Below are positions 50,593-62,835 of a stretch of DNA of 64,000 nt, piece by piece. The stretch is taken from contig OX597827.1 of the NCBI GenBank assembly GCA_951406725.2, positions 15,128,001 through 15,192,000 on the forward strand, written 5' to 3'. The stretch's first letter is position 1. Each line of letters begins with the position of its first letter. Both the position numbers and the translations under genes were made by a program. The stretch comes from Octopus vulgaris (taxonomy: Eukaryota). The notes below the pieces were generated by a model. It was not told the DNA's origin, did not search any database, and saw only the letters and a program-made list of their open reading frames with translations.

Positions 50593-50878
50593 CTAAGTTA
50601 ATTTGATATAACAGACCCTAGCTAAAAGCCTATTTGCCCCATCAAGGTTAAATCCCCAAAGTTATCCACCCTTGGGGTATACTTCTGAACTTTTTGTACT
50701 CCGTTTGGTGACATGCAGACCACCTCTAGTTGCTGCTTACTTTATTATTCATCTTAGGTACAAGTATGACTATGCGGTATAGAAATTTGATTGTTTCCTT
50801 ATAACAAGAGGCTGTAGGGGTAAAAAATGCAAATTTTCCAAAAGTTTCTATCCATTTAAAAAATAAAAGAAACAACTA

Positions 50879-51037
50879 GGAGTGGCTGTGTGGTAAGTAG
50901 CTTGCTAACCAACCACATGGTTCCAGGTTCAGTCCCACTGCGTGGCATTTTGGGCAAGTGTCTTCTGCTACAGCCCCGGGCTGACCAATGCCTTGTGAGT
51001 GGATTTGGTAGATGGAAACTGAAAGAAGCCTGTCGTA

Positions 51038-51100
<63 letters not shown>

Positions 51101-51312
51101 TTGTGTGTCTGTGTTTGTCACCCTAGCATTGCTTGACAACCAATGCTGGTGTGTTTACGTCCCCGTCACTTAGTGGTTCGGCAAAAAGAGACAGATAGAA
51201 TAAGTACTGGGCTTACAAAGAATAAGTCTCGGGGTCGATTTGCTCAACTAAAGGCGGTGCTCCAGCATGGCCGCAGTCAAATGACTGAAACAAGTAAAAG
51301 AAAGAAAGAAAG
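50879..51312 (+). mobile_element. SINE family A
   Basis: Full match. Confidence 0.92.
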
Positions 51313-51409
51313 AAACTAATATTATATACTATTTGCACCAGGGTAAATCTGGCACTGGAAAACAACTCAGTGTTCCCACCATCACCCCCACTTCCCTTAG
51401 TGCAAGTAA

Positions 51410-51872
51410 AGAAACACCGTTTCGACCCTGTGCTTGAGGAGACCTATTGAGTCAAGTACATCAACATCAAAAATCAATGGAAATTGTAGTTGTGATCCCA
51501 GTGCCGATGGCACGTAAAAAGCACCATCCGAATGTGGCCAATGCCAGCGCCGCCTTGACTAGCTTCCATGCCAGTGGCACGTAAAAAGCACCAACCGATC
51601 GTGGCCATTGCCAGCCTCGCCTGGCACCTGTGCCAGTGGCACATAAAAAGCACCAACCGATCATGGCCGTTGCCAGCCTCGCTTGGCACCTGTGCCGGTG
51701 GAATGTAAAAAGCACCCACTACACTCACGGAGTGGTTGGCGTTAGGAAGGGCATCCAGCTGTAGAAACACTGCCAGATCAGACTGGAGCCTGGTGCAGCC
51801 TCCTGGCTTCCCAGACCCCGGTTGAACCGTCCAACCCATGCTAGCATGGAAAACGGATGTTAAACGATGATG
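51410..51872 (+). mobile_element. Family D RTE 3' UTR with four tandem units
   Basis: Four ggcacgtaaaaagcacc-type units and a gttaaacgatgatg tail. Confidence 0.88.
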
Positions 51873-51894
51873 ATTACTATTATTATTATTCAGT

Positions 51895-52312
51895 GGCGCA
51901 GGAGTGGCTGTGTGGTAAGTAGCTTGCTAACCAGCCACATGGTTCCGGGTTCAGTCCCACTGCGTGGCATCTTGGGCAAGTGTCTTCTGCTATAGCCCCG
52001 GGCCGACCAATGCCTTGTGAGTGGATTTGGTAGACGGAAACTGAAAGAAGCCTGTCGTATATATGTATATATATATATAAGTGTGTGTGTATATGTTTGT
52101 GTGTCTGTGTTTGTCCCCCTAGCATTGCTTGACAACCGATGCTGGTGTGTTTACGTCCCCGTCACTTAGCGGTTCGGCAAAAAGAGACCGATAGAATAAG
52201 TACTGGGCTTACAAAGAATAAGTCCGGGGTCGATGTGCTCGACTAAAGGCGGTGCTCCAGCATGGCTGCAGTCAAATGACTGAAACAAGTAAAAGAGTAA
52301 AAGAGTAAAAGA
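51895..52312 (+). mobile_element. SINE family A, young
   Basis: Near-consensus copy. Confidence 0.92.
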
Positions 52313-52815
52313 GTGGTTAATCTGAGTATATTAGTGACAAACATTCCGAATTACAATTGTATCTTTATCAAAAGTTATTGCAATACAACCACACCCCAAA
52401 TACAGGGCATGTTTTTCTGTTTTTCTTTATTCATTAATCATGATCTTTATCATTCACTTTATAATTGTAAATTCCACCTCTGCATCTTAGAGTAAGTGAG
52501 ATGAGTCGTCCGTATTAACCAGAATCATTCCACAAGATTAGATCTATGTTTTTCATTTTTTTCCAACTTACCTCTGAAGGTGGTTAGGGTGTTGCACTTG
52601 TTATCGCCAGATTGTGGGTTCAATTCCCAGACCAGGTGGTGTGTTGCGTTCTTGAGCAAAACACTTTATTTCATGTTGCTCTAGTGCTGTGTAGGGACCA
52701 GCATTCCAAAGAACAGACCCAACACTTCCCCTACATGTTGTAAAAGACTCTGAAAGAGGTTGAGATAGGATTTTCACTCTGACCTCATAAAATCCTCACC
52801 AACAACCAACTACCA

Positions 52816-53030
52816 TGGAGGCGCAATGGACCAGTGGTTAGGGCAGCGGACTCACAGTCGTAAGAACGCAGTTTCGATTCCTGGGCCAGGCATTGTGAGT
52901 GTTTATTAAGCAAAAACACCTAATTGAGCAAAAACACCTAAGCTCCATGAGGCTCCGGTAGGGGGTGGTGGTGAACCCCACTGTACTCTTTCACCACAAC
53001 TTTCTCTCACTCTTTCTTGCTACTTCTGCC
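52816..53030 (+). mobile_element. SINE family C head, truncated
   Basis: tggaggcgcaatggaccagtggttagggcagcggac. Confidence 0.8.
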
Positions 53031-53753
53031 ACAAAGCAGACGAACCATGGTGTAACCCACTATGGTGTGGTAAACTTTCAGACCCTAGTCTAGATTGCGA
53101 AATCCTCTGTACCCCAGGATGGTTCAGCTCTCCACCCGTTAAAAGCTATTCAATCTTTATTTAATGTCTAATATCTTATAATATCTTATAAATTTACTTA
53201 TAGTCAAATAATTCTACTCAATTTATTAATCTATCTATTTGTAAGCATCATTCTATATTTTAATATCACACACACACAAAAAAAAAGGATATCTATATAT
53301 ATTTTACTAATCCAAATCTTTATTAGATTTCCTGTAATATTTAAAGGTTTTATAAAATCTATGCCTACATGTTGAAAGTGCTTCTAATTAACAATTTATT
53401 AAATTTTTATGTTTATATAATGATATATACAGTGATTCTTTCATACAGAGACGGCAACTATTAGATTTATGTGTGTATGGTGTGGCTGAATCTATTATAG
53501 ACCATTCCAATTTATAGTTAATTTTGTATTTCTTTAGTTTATGTATATATGTAGCTAATGAAGTCGTATTGGTGGCTGTATTTGGCTTAAAGGAGTGTAT
53601 ATGCGCTAAAAATCTTTGCTTAAAATTAACAGAACTACCTATGTATACCTTACTTTGTGAATTATTAATTATTGTAACTCTACATTTATATATTACATTA
53701 AATCTTCTACAATTGCCTTTTAAAGGACATATTTTTTTATTTACCTAAGGGTT

Positions 53754-53769
<16 letters not shown>

Positions 53770-53784
<15 letters not shown>

Positions 53785-53995
53785 ACCGCGTGTGTACCGT
53801 TGGCGATTTTTCTTTTCCTCCGTCTTCCCTTCTCTGGATCTTTCCTTCTCCTATGTTTCCGACAAAGTGCTCCGCTCGAAACGTTAAACCCTCCTTCTTC
53901 CCTTCCTTCCTGAGCATCCAATAATACTATATTTGTTCCACGTCCTTGCATTGTTGTGTTTTCTCTTTATTTTTCATGTTTGGATTAACTTTATA
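53770..53995 (+). mobile_element. Copy of the 37065 hammerhead element in (TA)n
   Basis: gttt-CCGACAA-agtgctccgctc-GAAAC-GTT-aaac at 53855-53889. Confidence 0.78.
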
Positions 53996-54003
53996 TATAT
54001 ATA

Positions 54004-54043
<40 letters not shown>

Positions 54044-54419
54044 CACACACACATACACAAGAGGAAGTCAAAAACTACCCACACTTTCACCATAACATAT
54101 CTTTATTATTGCCATACTGCCTTCTGCATATGGTGCTTATAGTTAGTACTATTGTGGCCACATGATCGAAGTCTGAACCTGATCACACCATTTTTCCCTT
54201 TCTGGCTTTACAGTGTAAGCACGGTCGCTCCACTAGCAATGTGCACCAAAGAAGAACAAAGTGCAGTGATCCGATTTCTCTGGTCAGAAGGTGTGTCAGG
54301 TGCTGGAAATCATCAGAGACTTATAGCACAATACGGGGACAGTGCACTACTGGCTAGAAGTATGTAAGAGTGGATTGAGAAGTTTAAAAGTGGCCAGACA
54401 AGCATGATGCATGAAGAGG

Positions 54420-54903
54420 ATCATCATCATCATTGTTCGACCGTGGTCGAGACAATGGAATTTACCATGCTACACCAGACTTCACTGTCCATCATGGCAT
54501 TACGGAGGTCCTGTTGCTGGATGCCTGTATCCCTGGAGATTACATCAGGGTATGAGAGTGTGCGCCCTCTGGTACCGCGAGTAGATGGCTTCCAGAGGAG
54601 AAGAGTAGAAATTACCTCTTTTTCAGCTCTACAACAATGTCCAGCAAACTGGACTCTTCTACCTTTCACAAGAGATGACACAGGTGGTAGTTTCCCATAT
54701 ATTTGCATTTTGGTTGGATGGCGCTTCCACGAGAGATTTTGAGCTCTCATAAGGAGACGAGTGTAGGTTCCATCCAACCACCTCTCAAGCTTCTTTGATA
54801 ACGTCCAGGTTTCTGAGCCATATAGTAGAATTGGTTCGACTGTGGCTTTGAAGATTTCAAGTTTGAAGTCTCTACTTAGATTTGATGACCAGATCTTATG
54901 CAT
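54420..54903 (-). mobile_element. RTE LINE 3' fragment (same family as 3336-3865)
   Basis: ORF 54430-54933 LLYGSETWTLSK...FAGHC. Confidence 0.88.
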
Positions 54904-55016
54904 GGAAGCAGGACACTCGTCAACGTCTACCACTGATGAGAAGATTCAGCAAGTTCGAAAGATGGTAATGGTGAACCAGTTCACCATTACCTTTTTTCTC
55001 TACTTTCCTTTATATG

Positions 55017-55399
55017 TGGAAGCACTCCGTCAGTTATGACGATGAGGGTTCCGGTTGATCCGATCAACGGAACAGCCTGCTCGTGAAATTAACGTGTAAG
55101 TGGCTGAGCACTCCACAGACACGTGTACCCTTAACGTAGTTCTCGGGGATATTCAGCATGACACAGAGAGTGACAAGGCCGGCCACTTGAAATACAGGTA
55201 CAACAGAAACAGGAAGTAAGAGTGAGAGAAAGTTGTGGTGAAAGAGTACAGCAGGATCACCACCACCCACTACAGGAGCCTCGTGGAGCTTTAGGTGTTT
55301 TCGCTCAATAAACACTCATAACGCCCGGTCTGGGAATCAAAACCTCGATCCTACAACCGCGAGTCCACTGCCCTAACCACTGGGCCATTGCGCCTCCAC
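55017..55399 (-). mobile_element. SINE family C, full length
   Basis: Matches 11381-11763; tcaccattacc is duplicated at 54981 and 55401. Confidence 0.9.
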
Positions 55400-55664
55400 C
55401 TCACCATTACCATCTCTTGGATCACTTCTCTTAGTTCTTCTTTGGTGCACATTACTAGTGGAGTGGCTCTGCTTACACTGTAAAGCCAGAAAGAAAAATG
55501 GCACGATCAGGTTCAAACTTCAATCACGTAACCACAATAGTACTAACTATAAGCAAACATACACAGAAGCCAATGTGACCAATAAAAAAACAAAATATGT
55601 TATAGCAAAAGTGCGGATAATTTTTGACTTCCCCTCGTATACATGTATGTATGTGTGTGTGTGT

Positions 55665-55825
55665 GTAAAAAGCACCCACTACACTCATGGAGTGGTTGGC
55701 GTTATGAAGGGCATCCAGCCATAGAAACATTGCCAGATCAGACTGGGCCTGGTGCAGCCTTCTGGCTTCCCAGACCCCAGTTGAACCATCCAACCCATGG
55801 TAAGCGGACGCTAAACGATGATGAT
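55665..55825 (+). mobile_element. Family D RTE 3' fragment
   Basis: Family D match. Confidence 0.85.
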
Positions 55826-55977
55826 ATATATATATATATATTTATATATATGTATGTATATATATATATATATATAAATTAAATTAGAGATAAAACCACT
55901 ATTAGGCAAATCAAACTGAAAAACATAAACTAAAACATAGAAATAAAATTAATTAATTAATTGATATAATATGTATG

Positions 55978-56014
<37 letters not shown>

Positions 56015-56235
56015 CTGTAAGATATTTTCCCAATTCCTATTCCTGTATGTTATATATTTTAATAATTACTGGTATCTTTTTATATTTTATATGTAAAGCA
56101 TATGTTATACATGTATGTATATTCTTGTAATTGTTATTTTAGTAATTAAATAAATAAATTGACATAATGTAATGTCTAAAAGTTGATGAACCACCTATGA
56201 TCCCCTCCATTTTCTTATTGCTTTATATATGTGTG

Positions 56236-56284
<49 letters not shown>

Positions 56285-56286
<2 letters not shown>

Positions 56287-56470
56287 CGGGAAGGTTTACG
56301 AAAATAAACAAAAGACGAAAGCAGGTGGAGTATAAACAAATAATTGTATTAGTATGGCACTCAGGAATAGAAATAAAACAAGTCTCTTACATTTCGAGCC
56401 TATGCTCTTCGACAGAAAGATACACAGAAAAAAACAAGGAGAGAAAACAATGCGTGTAGGAGCTAACGGT
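56285..56470 (-). mobile_element. TA-adjacent element, CUGUCGA hammerhead-like family
   Basis: Minus strand: cttt-CTGTCGA-a-gagc-atag-gctc-GAAAT-GTA-agag at 56384-56419. Confidence 0.65.
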
Positions 56471-56513
56471 CCAAAGTCTTCCATACAGTTTCTATCTGCA
56501 AAATCTACTTGCA

Positions 56514-56765
56514 TGGAGGTGCGTGGCTTAGTGGTTAGGGTGTCAGCATCATGATTGTAAGATTGTGGTTTCGATTCCTGGACCGGGCGATGCATTTTGT
56601 TCTTGAGCAAAACACTTCATTTCATGTTTCTCCAGCCCACTCAGCTGGCAAAAAAAATGAGTAACGCTGCGATGGACTGGCATCCCGTCCAGCTGGGGAA
56701 CACATACGCCACAGAAGCCGGGAAACTGGGCCCATGAGCCTGGCTAGGCTTTAAAAAAGGGCGCA
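56514..56765 (+). mobile_element. Chimeric SINE: family E head plus V-domain-like tail
   Basis: ctgcgatggactggcatcccgtccag resembles the V-SINE central domain (recalled, not searched). Confidence 0.78.
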
Positions 56766-57267
56766 TTTATATTTTTTTTTTTTAATTTTTAAATCTACTT
56801 GCAAGGCTTTATGTGGGCAGCTCAGGGCTATAGTAGAAGACACTTGCCTACAGTGTCACGCAGTAGGACTGAACCTGAAACCATGGGATTGGGAATCAAA
56901 CTTCTTAACACACAGCCACGTTCGTGCCTGTACATAGCAATTTTCATCAGATTCTACATTTTTACTGTATATTTGGTAGTGGTGGTGGTGGCAGTGGTGG
57001 TGGTGGTGGTAATGGTAGAGAAGAGTTCCATATCTGTTATGGTGTTTTTGCTTACATATTCAGTTGTAAACAGTTTATCTGCGTTCCAGCATTCCTTAAT
57101 TCTCTTTCTGTTTCCATCCCCCCCCCCATCTATCTTTTCTCTAGTTACATACAATATCTCCTCACTAAGCCAGTATTTCATCTTCAGATTAGAATAACCT
57201 TACCTTAGCTGGGTTTATATATATACATACATATATATGTTTGTATGTGTGTGTACACATACATACG

Positions 57268-57311
<44 letters not shown>

Positions 57312-57327
57312 ATATATATGTTTGTGT

Positions 57328-57366
<39 letters not shown>

Positions 57367-57867
57367 TACATATATATATTTGTATGTGTGTGTATTACAT
57401 ACATACATATACATGTGTGTATATACATACATACATACATATACATACATACATACATATACATACATATATACATACATACATATACATACATACATAT
57501 ACATATATATATATATATATATATGGAAGACTGATATAGAAGACACTTGTTCAATGTGTGAGACACTGAAATTGAACCCAGGACCATGCAGTTGTGAAAC
57601 AAGCTTCTTAATCCCAACAACCACGTCTGACATTTTAGTTGTATCATTTGAGATCAGTCTGTTATTTATTCATCTCCTAAAGTATTTAGTAAACTCTTCT
57701 GGTTTCCTTCACATTACCAACAAAAATTCCAGTTTGATTGCTGTTGCCTTTCAACCAGTAAGGTGTGATTTGATCGAAATTTGCTTACTATATTTTGCAG
57801 TCTGAATGATTTGGTAAAATTTCACTCAGTTTGGGGTTTTTTTCCCTCTGAAGTTGCTTAACCCCAA

Positions 57868-58165
57868 CATGGCCTAGTGGTTAGAGCAGTTGAGTAGCAG
57901 TCGAGGGATCGCGGGTTCGAATCTCAGACCGGACGATGTGTGTGTTTATGAGCGAAAACACCTAAGCTCCACGCGGCTCCGGCAGAAGGTAATGCCAAAA
58001 TTTCTGCTAACTCTTTCGCCACAACTTTCTCTCACTCTTTCCTCCTGCATTTTGCAGCCCACCTGTGATGGACCGGCGTCCCGTCCAGGTAGGGAACCTA
58101 TACGCCAAAGAAACCAGGAAACCAGCCCTTATGAGCCAGGCATAGCTCGAGAAGGTACAAACAAC
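57868..58165 (+). mobile_element. SINE: family C head plus V-domain-like tail
   Basis: Matches 5831-6125. Confidence 0.82.
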
Positions 58166-58819
58166 TGTTCCTTCTAAAGGATGAAACAAACAACAACATG
58201 ACCCTGATCAAGCAGACTTCTTATTATCAAAAGTATTCCACGTATGACCATCCTGTTTATTTTGCTTATTTTTGTTGTGTCCAGTCTACACTGTAAAGTG
58301 GTTGGCGTTTACAAGAGCACCTCGCTGCAAAAACTATGCCAAAACTGGTGCCACAGTCCACTCTGCATGGTGGTTGGTGTTAGGAAGAGCATCCAACCAT
58401 AAAAACCTTGCACAAACAGACATTGGGGTAGTCTTCAACCTGACCAGTTCCTATCAAATTGTCCAACCAATGCCAACATTAAACAAGAATGATGATAAGT
58501 GTATCCTTCCAATAAAATTTAAGGGAGGTTTAGCTAATATTTCAAGCATGTTGGTAAACAACACGTAGGCTCCCTCAATTCCACTATTTGTTGTAAACCC
58601 AAACAGCACCTTCTCCAAGTGAACTCAATCCTGAACTAACTTTTTCAAAACTCTCTCTGATATTTTGAGAGATTCAATGACTGAGATTTCTGTAGGTACT
58701 TCACTCAGCTTATCTCTTTGCATTTGTGCCTCTTTCTGGTTCCTGAGAGTGTTCCCTCACTGCCACAGTGGGGAGTGGAGGGTTCACCGCATACAATATG
58801 CATTCAAGTTTTATCTTGC

Positions 58820-59051
58820 TCTTTTACTCTTTTACTTGTTTCAGTCATTTGGCTACGGCCATGCTGGAGCACCGCCTTTAGTTGAGCAAATCGACCCCAG
58901 GACTTATTCTTTGTAAGCCTAGTACTTATTCTATCGGTCTCTTTTGCCAAACCGCTAAGTTACGGGGACGTAAACACACCAGCATCGGTTGTCAAGCGAT
59001 GTTGGGTGGGGGGACGAACACAGACACACACACACACATATATATATGTAT

Positions 59052-59084
<33 letters not shown>

Positions 59085-59248
59085 CGAGGGGCTTCTTTCA
59101 GTTTCCATCTACCAAATCCACTCACAAGGTTTTGGTCGGCCCGAGGCTATAGTAGAAGATACTTGCCCAAGGTGCCATGCAGTGGGACTGAACCCAGAAC
59201 CATGTGGTTGGTAAGCAAGCTACTTACCACACAGCCACTCCTATGCCT
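58820..59248 (-). mobile_element. SINE family A, full length
   Basis: Reverse-complement full match. Confidence 0.92.
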
Positions 59249-59446
59249 ATATATAAACAATGATGATGAGGATATGTTGAACTGCCGAGTGATGGGAACT
59301 AAAAAATTAACACTATTTTTTTAAATGATGTCAATATAAAGACAGATATGCAAACCCACACATACAAACACAAACTTGTAGATTCTGTTGTGAATATTAC
59401 CAATGATCAGTGGATACGATATCAAAGCCACAAATTTTGTATTATG

Positions 59447-59839
59447 TTTTATATATAAAAGAGAGGTTGTGTGCTATCTGTCTCCTACGATTTAGATTCC
59501 TAACTACTCCCACATTTTGCGGTACAGTTTAACCAAAACCGAGTATCTTATAGTCGTGATTCATATCGAGCCCTTCTGGGTATTAGCGCGCGTCTACGAT
59601 GGGTCTACGATTTAAAAAAAATTTACCATCAATTTTTCCCATTTTTAATGCATTTTTGGCATATATAAGGGAAGTAACTCTCTAAAAATGTATTATTAAA
59701 TCTCAGAACGTAAAAAGCTACAGTAACACTCATCTTTGTGGTTAGCCATATTGAGATGGCTATTATACTTTACATCTCTAAAAATGCTTATGTAGTTATT
59801 TCCCTTACAAACCCGAGCAACGCCGGCCGATACTGCTAG
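59447..59839 (+). mobile_element. Non-autonomous Helitron
   Basis: tatatataaaa-type 5' end; 3' cccgagcaacgccggcc hairpin then CTAG|T, like the end at 29142. Confidence 0.7.
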
Positions 59840-60114
59840 TGTTTTATATAGTCATTTCTGATATAAGCACAAGGCTCCACATTTTTGTGGGTGGGCACGT
59901 ATAGCCAATGTAATTGACCCAGTACTTGATTGGTACTTTAGTTTATCAACCCTAGAAGGATCAAAAACAAAGTCAACTCCAATGGGACTCATAGTTGGAA
60001 CGCAAAGGGGCCTAATCAAATACCGTGAAGCATTTTATCTGATGCTCTAAATATTCCTGCCAAATCACTGCCAAATATTATCTCTCTCTCTCACTCTCTC
60101 TCTCTAAGAATTTA

Positions 60115-60483
60115 TGTGTGCATGTGTGTGTGTGTGTGTGTCTGTGTGTATGTATGTATGTATGTATGTGTGCATGTATGTATGTATGTGTGCATGTATG
60201 TATGTATGGATGGATGTGTGTGTGTATGTATGTATGGATGGATGTGTGGATGTGTGCGTGTGTGTATGTATGTATGTATGGATGGATGGATGTGTGTGTG
60301 TGTATGTATGGATGTTTGTATGGATGTATGTATGGATGTTGTGCGTGTATGTATGCATGTGTGCATGTATGTATGTATGCATGTATGTATGTATGTATGT
60401 ATGGATGGATGGATGGATGTGTGCATGTATGGATGTGTGTATGGATGTGTGCATGGATGTGTGTGTGTATGTATGTATGTATG
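60115..60483. repeat. (TG)/(TATG)/(TGGA) microsatellite
   Basis: Direct reading. Confidence 0.95.
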
Positions 60484-60644
60484 ATAAAGGGGGGTTTAGG
60501 GAGCAACGCGATTGCCATTCATCCCTGATTATTATTACTGACTCTAACACTCACATTTACCATCGACCCTTTTCCCCCCAACTCTTATTTATCTCTGATC
60601 ATCATCTCAAGCCCTTATTTCTATCCTTCACTCATTCTCCCTCT

Positions 60645-60678
<34 letters not shown>

Positions 60679-60809
60679 CACACTCTGATCCCGATTCTTT
60701 TGTCATTACCCTCTCTTTTAGTCACCTTCTTAGGGACCCTATGGGTTTTTTGAAACTGTTGCGAATGTGGTTTGTAAGGCAGGGCTACACGTGAATGCTA
60801 TAACAACAT

Positions 60810-61162
60810 CATGTGAACATGTACATAGAAATTATGTACAAAAGTCAGGAAAGTGAACAGTGTATGATTCATGATATACATGTGTGCATGCATATGGAGG
60901 TGGGGTGGGATATCAGGTGTAGTGTTGGCGAATTTCAGGAAGCATTGAGGTTTTTAAAGGATGCAGTATCTTGGCAACTAACAACTGATGCAGGTAGCTT
61001 GTTCCATGCTTCAGCATCTCTGAGTGTGAAAAAATATTTCCGAAAGTCATGGGAGCCGTGCTGCTTTCTGTCTTTGTAGGCATACCTGAGTGTGTTAGAT
61101 GCATGGAGCTCAAAAAGGTGCTTTTCTTCTAGATCATGCTAGAATGTCTCAGTTCAAGGGTT
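60810..61162 (-). mobile_element. CR1/L2-type LINE 3' end, left arm of an inverted pair
   Basis: KYFFTLRDAEAWNKLPASVVSC motif; reverse complement of about 62136-62485. Confidence 0.8.
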
Positions 61163-61164
61163 AA

Positions 61165-61385
61165 CCCTTTCATTACTGTATTTCTGTTGAGATGTTCTGT
61201 GTTTCTTCCAATTATTTTAAATATATCAAAGAATTTAATGAAATAACATTGTTATCATTAAGCTAGTGTTAGGAGCATAAATTGTGACTAAGATTTGCTG
61301 GAAGATTTGAATTCAAAACTTATGAAAACAAGACATTTATACTAAAAAGCCAGAGCCAGTTTCAGCCGGGTTGGTAACGAAAGGG
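61165..61385. mobile_element. TTAA-targeting MITE (second family)
   Basis: TTAA|ccctttcattac ... gtaacgaaaggg|TTAA. Confidence 0.85.
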
Positions 61386-61489
61386 TTAATGGAAGCACGT
61401 ATTCACCTCACAAGTTGTATTCAGGCTGGTCATAAATTAGGAATTTTCCACGAAAAGTGAACACTATTGAAAGAATAATTCTGAAGCAT

Positions 61490-61878
61490 TGGCTGTGTGG
61501 TAAGTAGCTTGCTAACCAACCACATGGTTCCAGGTTCAGTCCCACTGCGTGGCATCTTGGGCAAGTGTCTTCTGCTATAGCCCTGGGCTGACCAATGCCT
61601 TGTGAGTGGATTTGGTAGACGGAAACTGAAAGAAGCCTGTCATATATATGTATATATATATATATGTATGTGTGTGTCTGTGTTTGTCCCTCTAGCATTG
61701 CTTGACAACTGATGCTGGTGTGTTTACGTCCCCGTCACTTAGCGGTTCGGCAAAAGAGACCGATAGAATAAGTACTGGGCTTACAAAGAATAAGTCCCGG
61801 GGTCGATTTGCTCGACTAAAGGCGGTGCTCCAGCATGGCCGCAGTCAAATGACTGAAACAAGTAAAAGAATAAAAGAG
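61490..61878 (+). mobile_element. SINE family A
   Basis: Family A match. Confidence 0.9.
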
Positions 61879-62135
61879 TTGATTACAAAGGCTCTGTACT
61901 TAAGCTTGCCGAGACAAGAGAAAATATACGTGCTGCCTTCACATCATAAAACTAAAGCGAGATGTCTGTAAAATATTAGCTGCTGTCCATAAGGTTGAGT
62001 AATAGCCTTAAGAACAACTGTTTAAAAGCAGCAAGTGATTGAATTGGCCAATCTTTTGGCAAAAATGGAGACACCATTTCAGTCATTCGTCTACGACAAT
62101 CTGCAGAGTGGACCCTCTAAACTAGCCTAATTATA

Positions 62136-62550
62136 ACCCTTGAACTGAGACATTCTAGCATGATCTAGAAGAAAAGCACCTTTTTGAGCTCCATGCATCT
62201 AACACACTCAGGTATGCCTACAAAGACAGAAAGCAGCACAGCTCCCATGACTTTTGGAAATATTTTTTCACACCCAGAGATGCTGAAGCATGGAACAAGC
62301 TACCTGCATCAGTTGTTAGTTGCCAAGATACTGCATCCTTTAAAACCTCAATGCTTCCTGAAATTCGTCAACACTACACCTGATATCCCACCCCACCTCC
62401 TTATGCATGCACACATGTATATCATGATTCATACCCTGTTCACTTTCCTGACTTTTGTACATAATTTCTATGTACTGTACATGCACCTTTGATGAGTTGT
62501 AGTACACCTGAGCACTATACACAATAATTTCATTATCATTATTATTATCA
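62136..62550 (+). mobile_element. CR1/L2-type LINE 3' end with (ATT)n tail, right arm of the inverted pair
   Basis: EAWNKLPASVVSCQDTASFK; aatttcattatcattattatt tail. Confidence 0.8.
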
Positions 62551-62599
62551 TATTCTGAGGATACACCTGTAAGAAAAAGGTATTACAAAAGGAAAAAGG

Positions 62600-62835
62600 G
62601 GCTCTCTACCCCCCTTTTGACCAGGCTCCCGTGGCTTTTATGGGTTTTTCCACCAGGAACCTTTCGAAGCGCCTCCCCCTTTTGGGAGTTTTTCATTGTT
62701 AAATATTTTCGTTGTTACACTGTTTTTTACACGGATTTTTGAAACAGACAAAACCCTTTGTAACTTTCGTCCTGTGTTTTGTCCCTTTATGTTTTAATTA
62801 ATTTTTGTCAGCCCTTGTGGCCAATAAACGAATTA
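62600..62835 (+). mobile_element. LINE-like 3' end sharing its tail with SINE family B
   Basis: gtcctgtgttttgtccc...agcccttgtggccaataaac; related to 18740-18995. Confidence 0.5.

Larger units (their letters stand above)
54057..55637. mobile_element. Fold-back mariner derivative made of two inverted left ends, with nested RTE and SINE
   Basis: MCTKEEQSAVIRFLWSEG HTH remnant on +, MCTKEELREVI on -; TIRs gaggaagtcaaaaactaccc / gcggataatttttgacttcccctcg. Confidence 0.75.
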
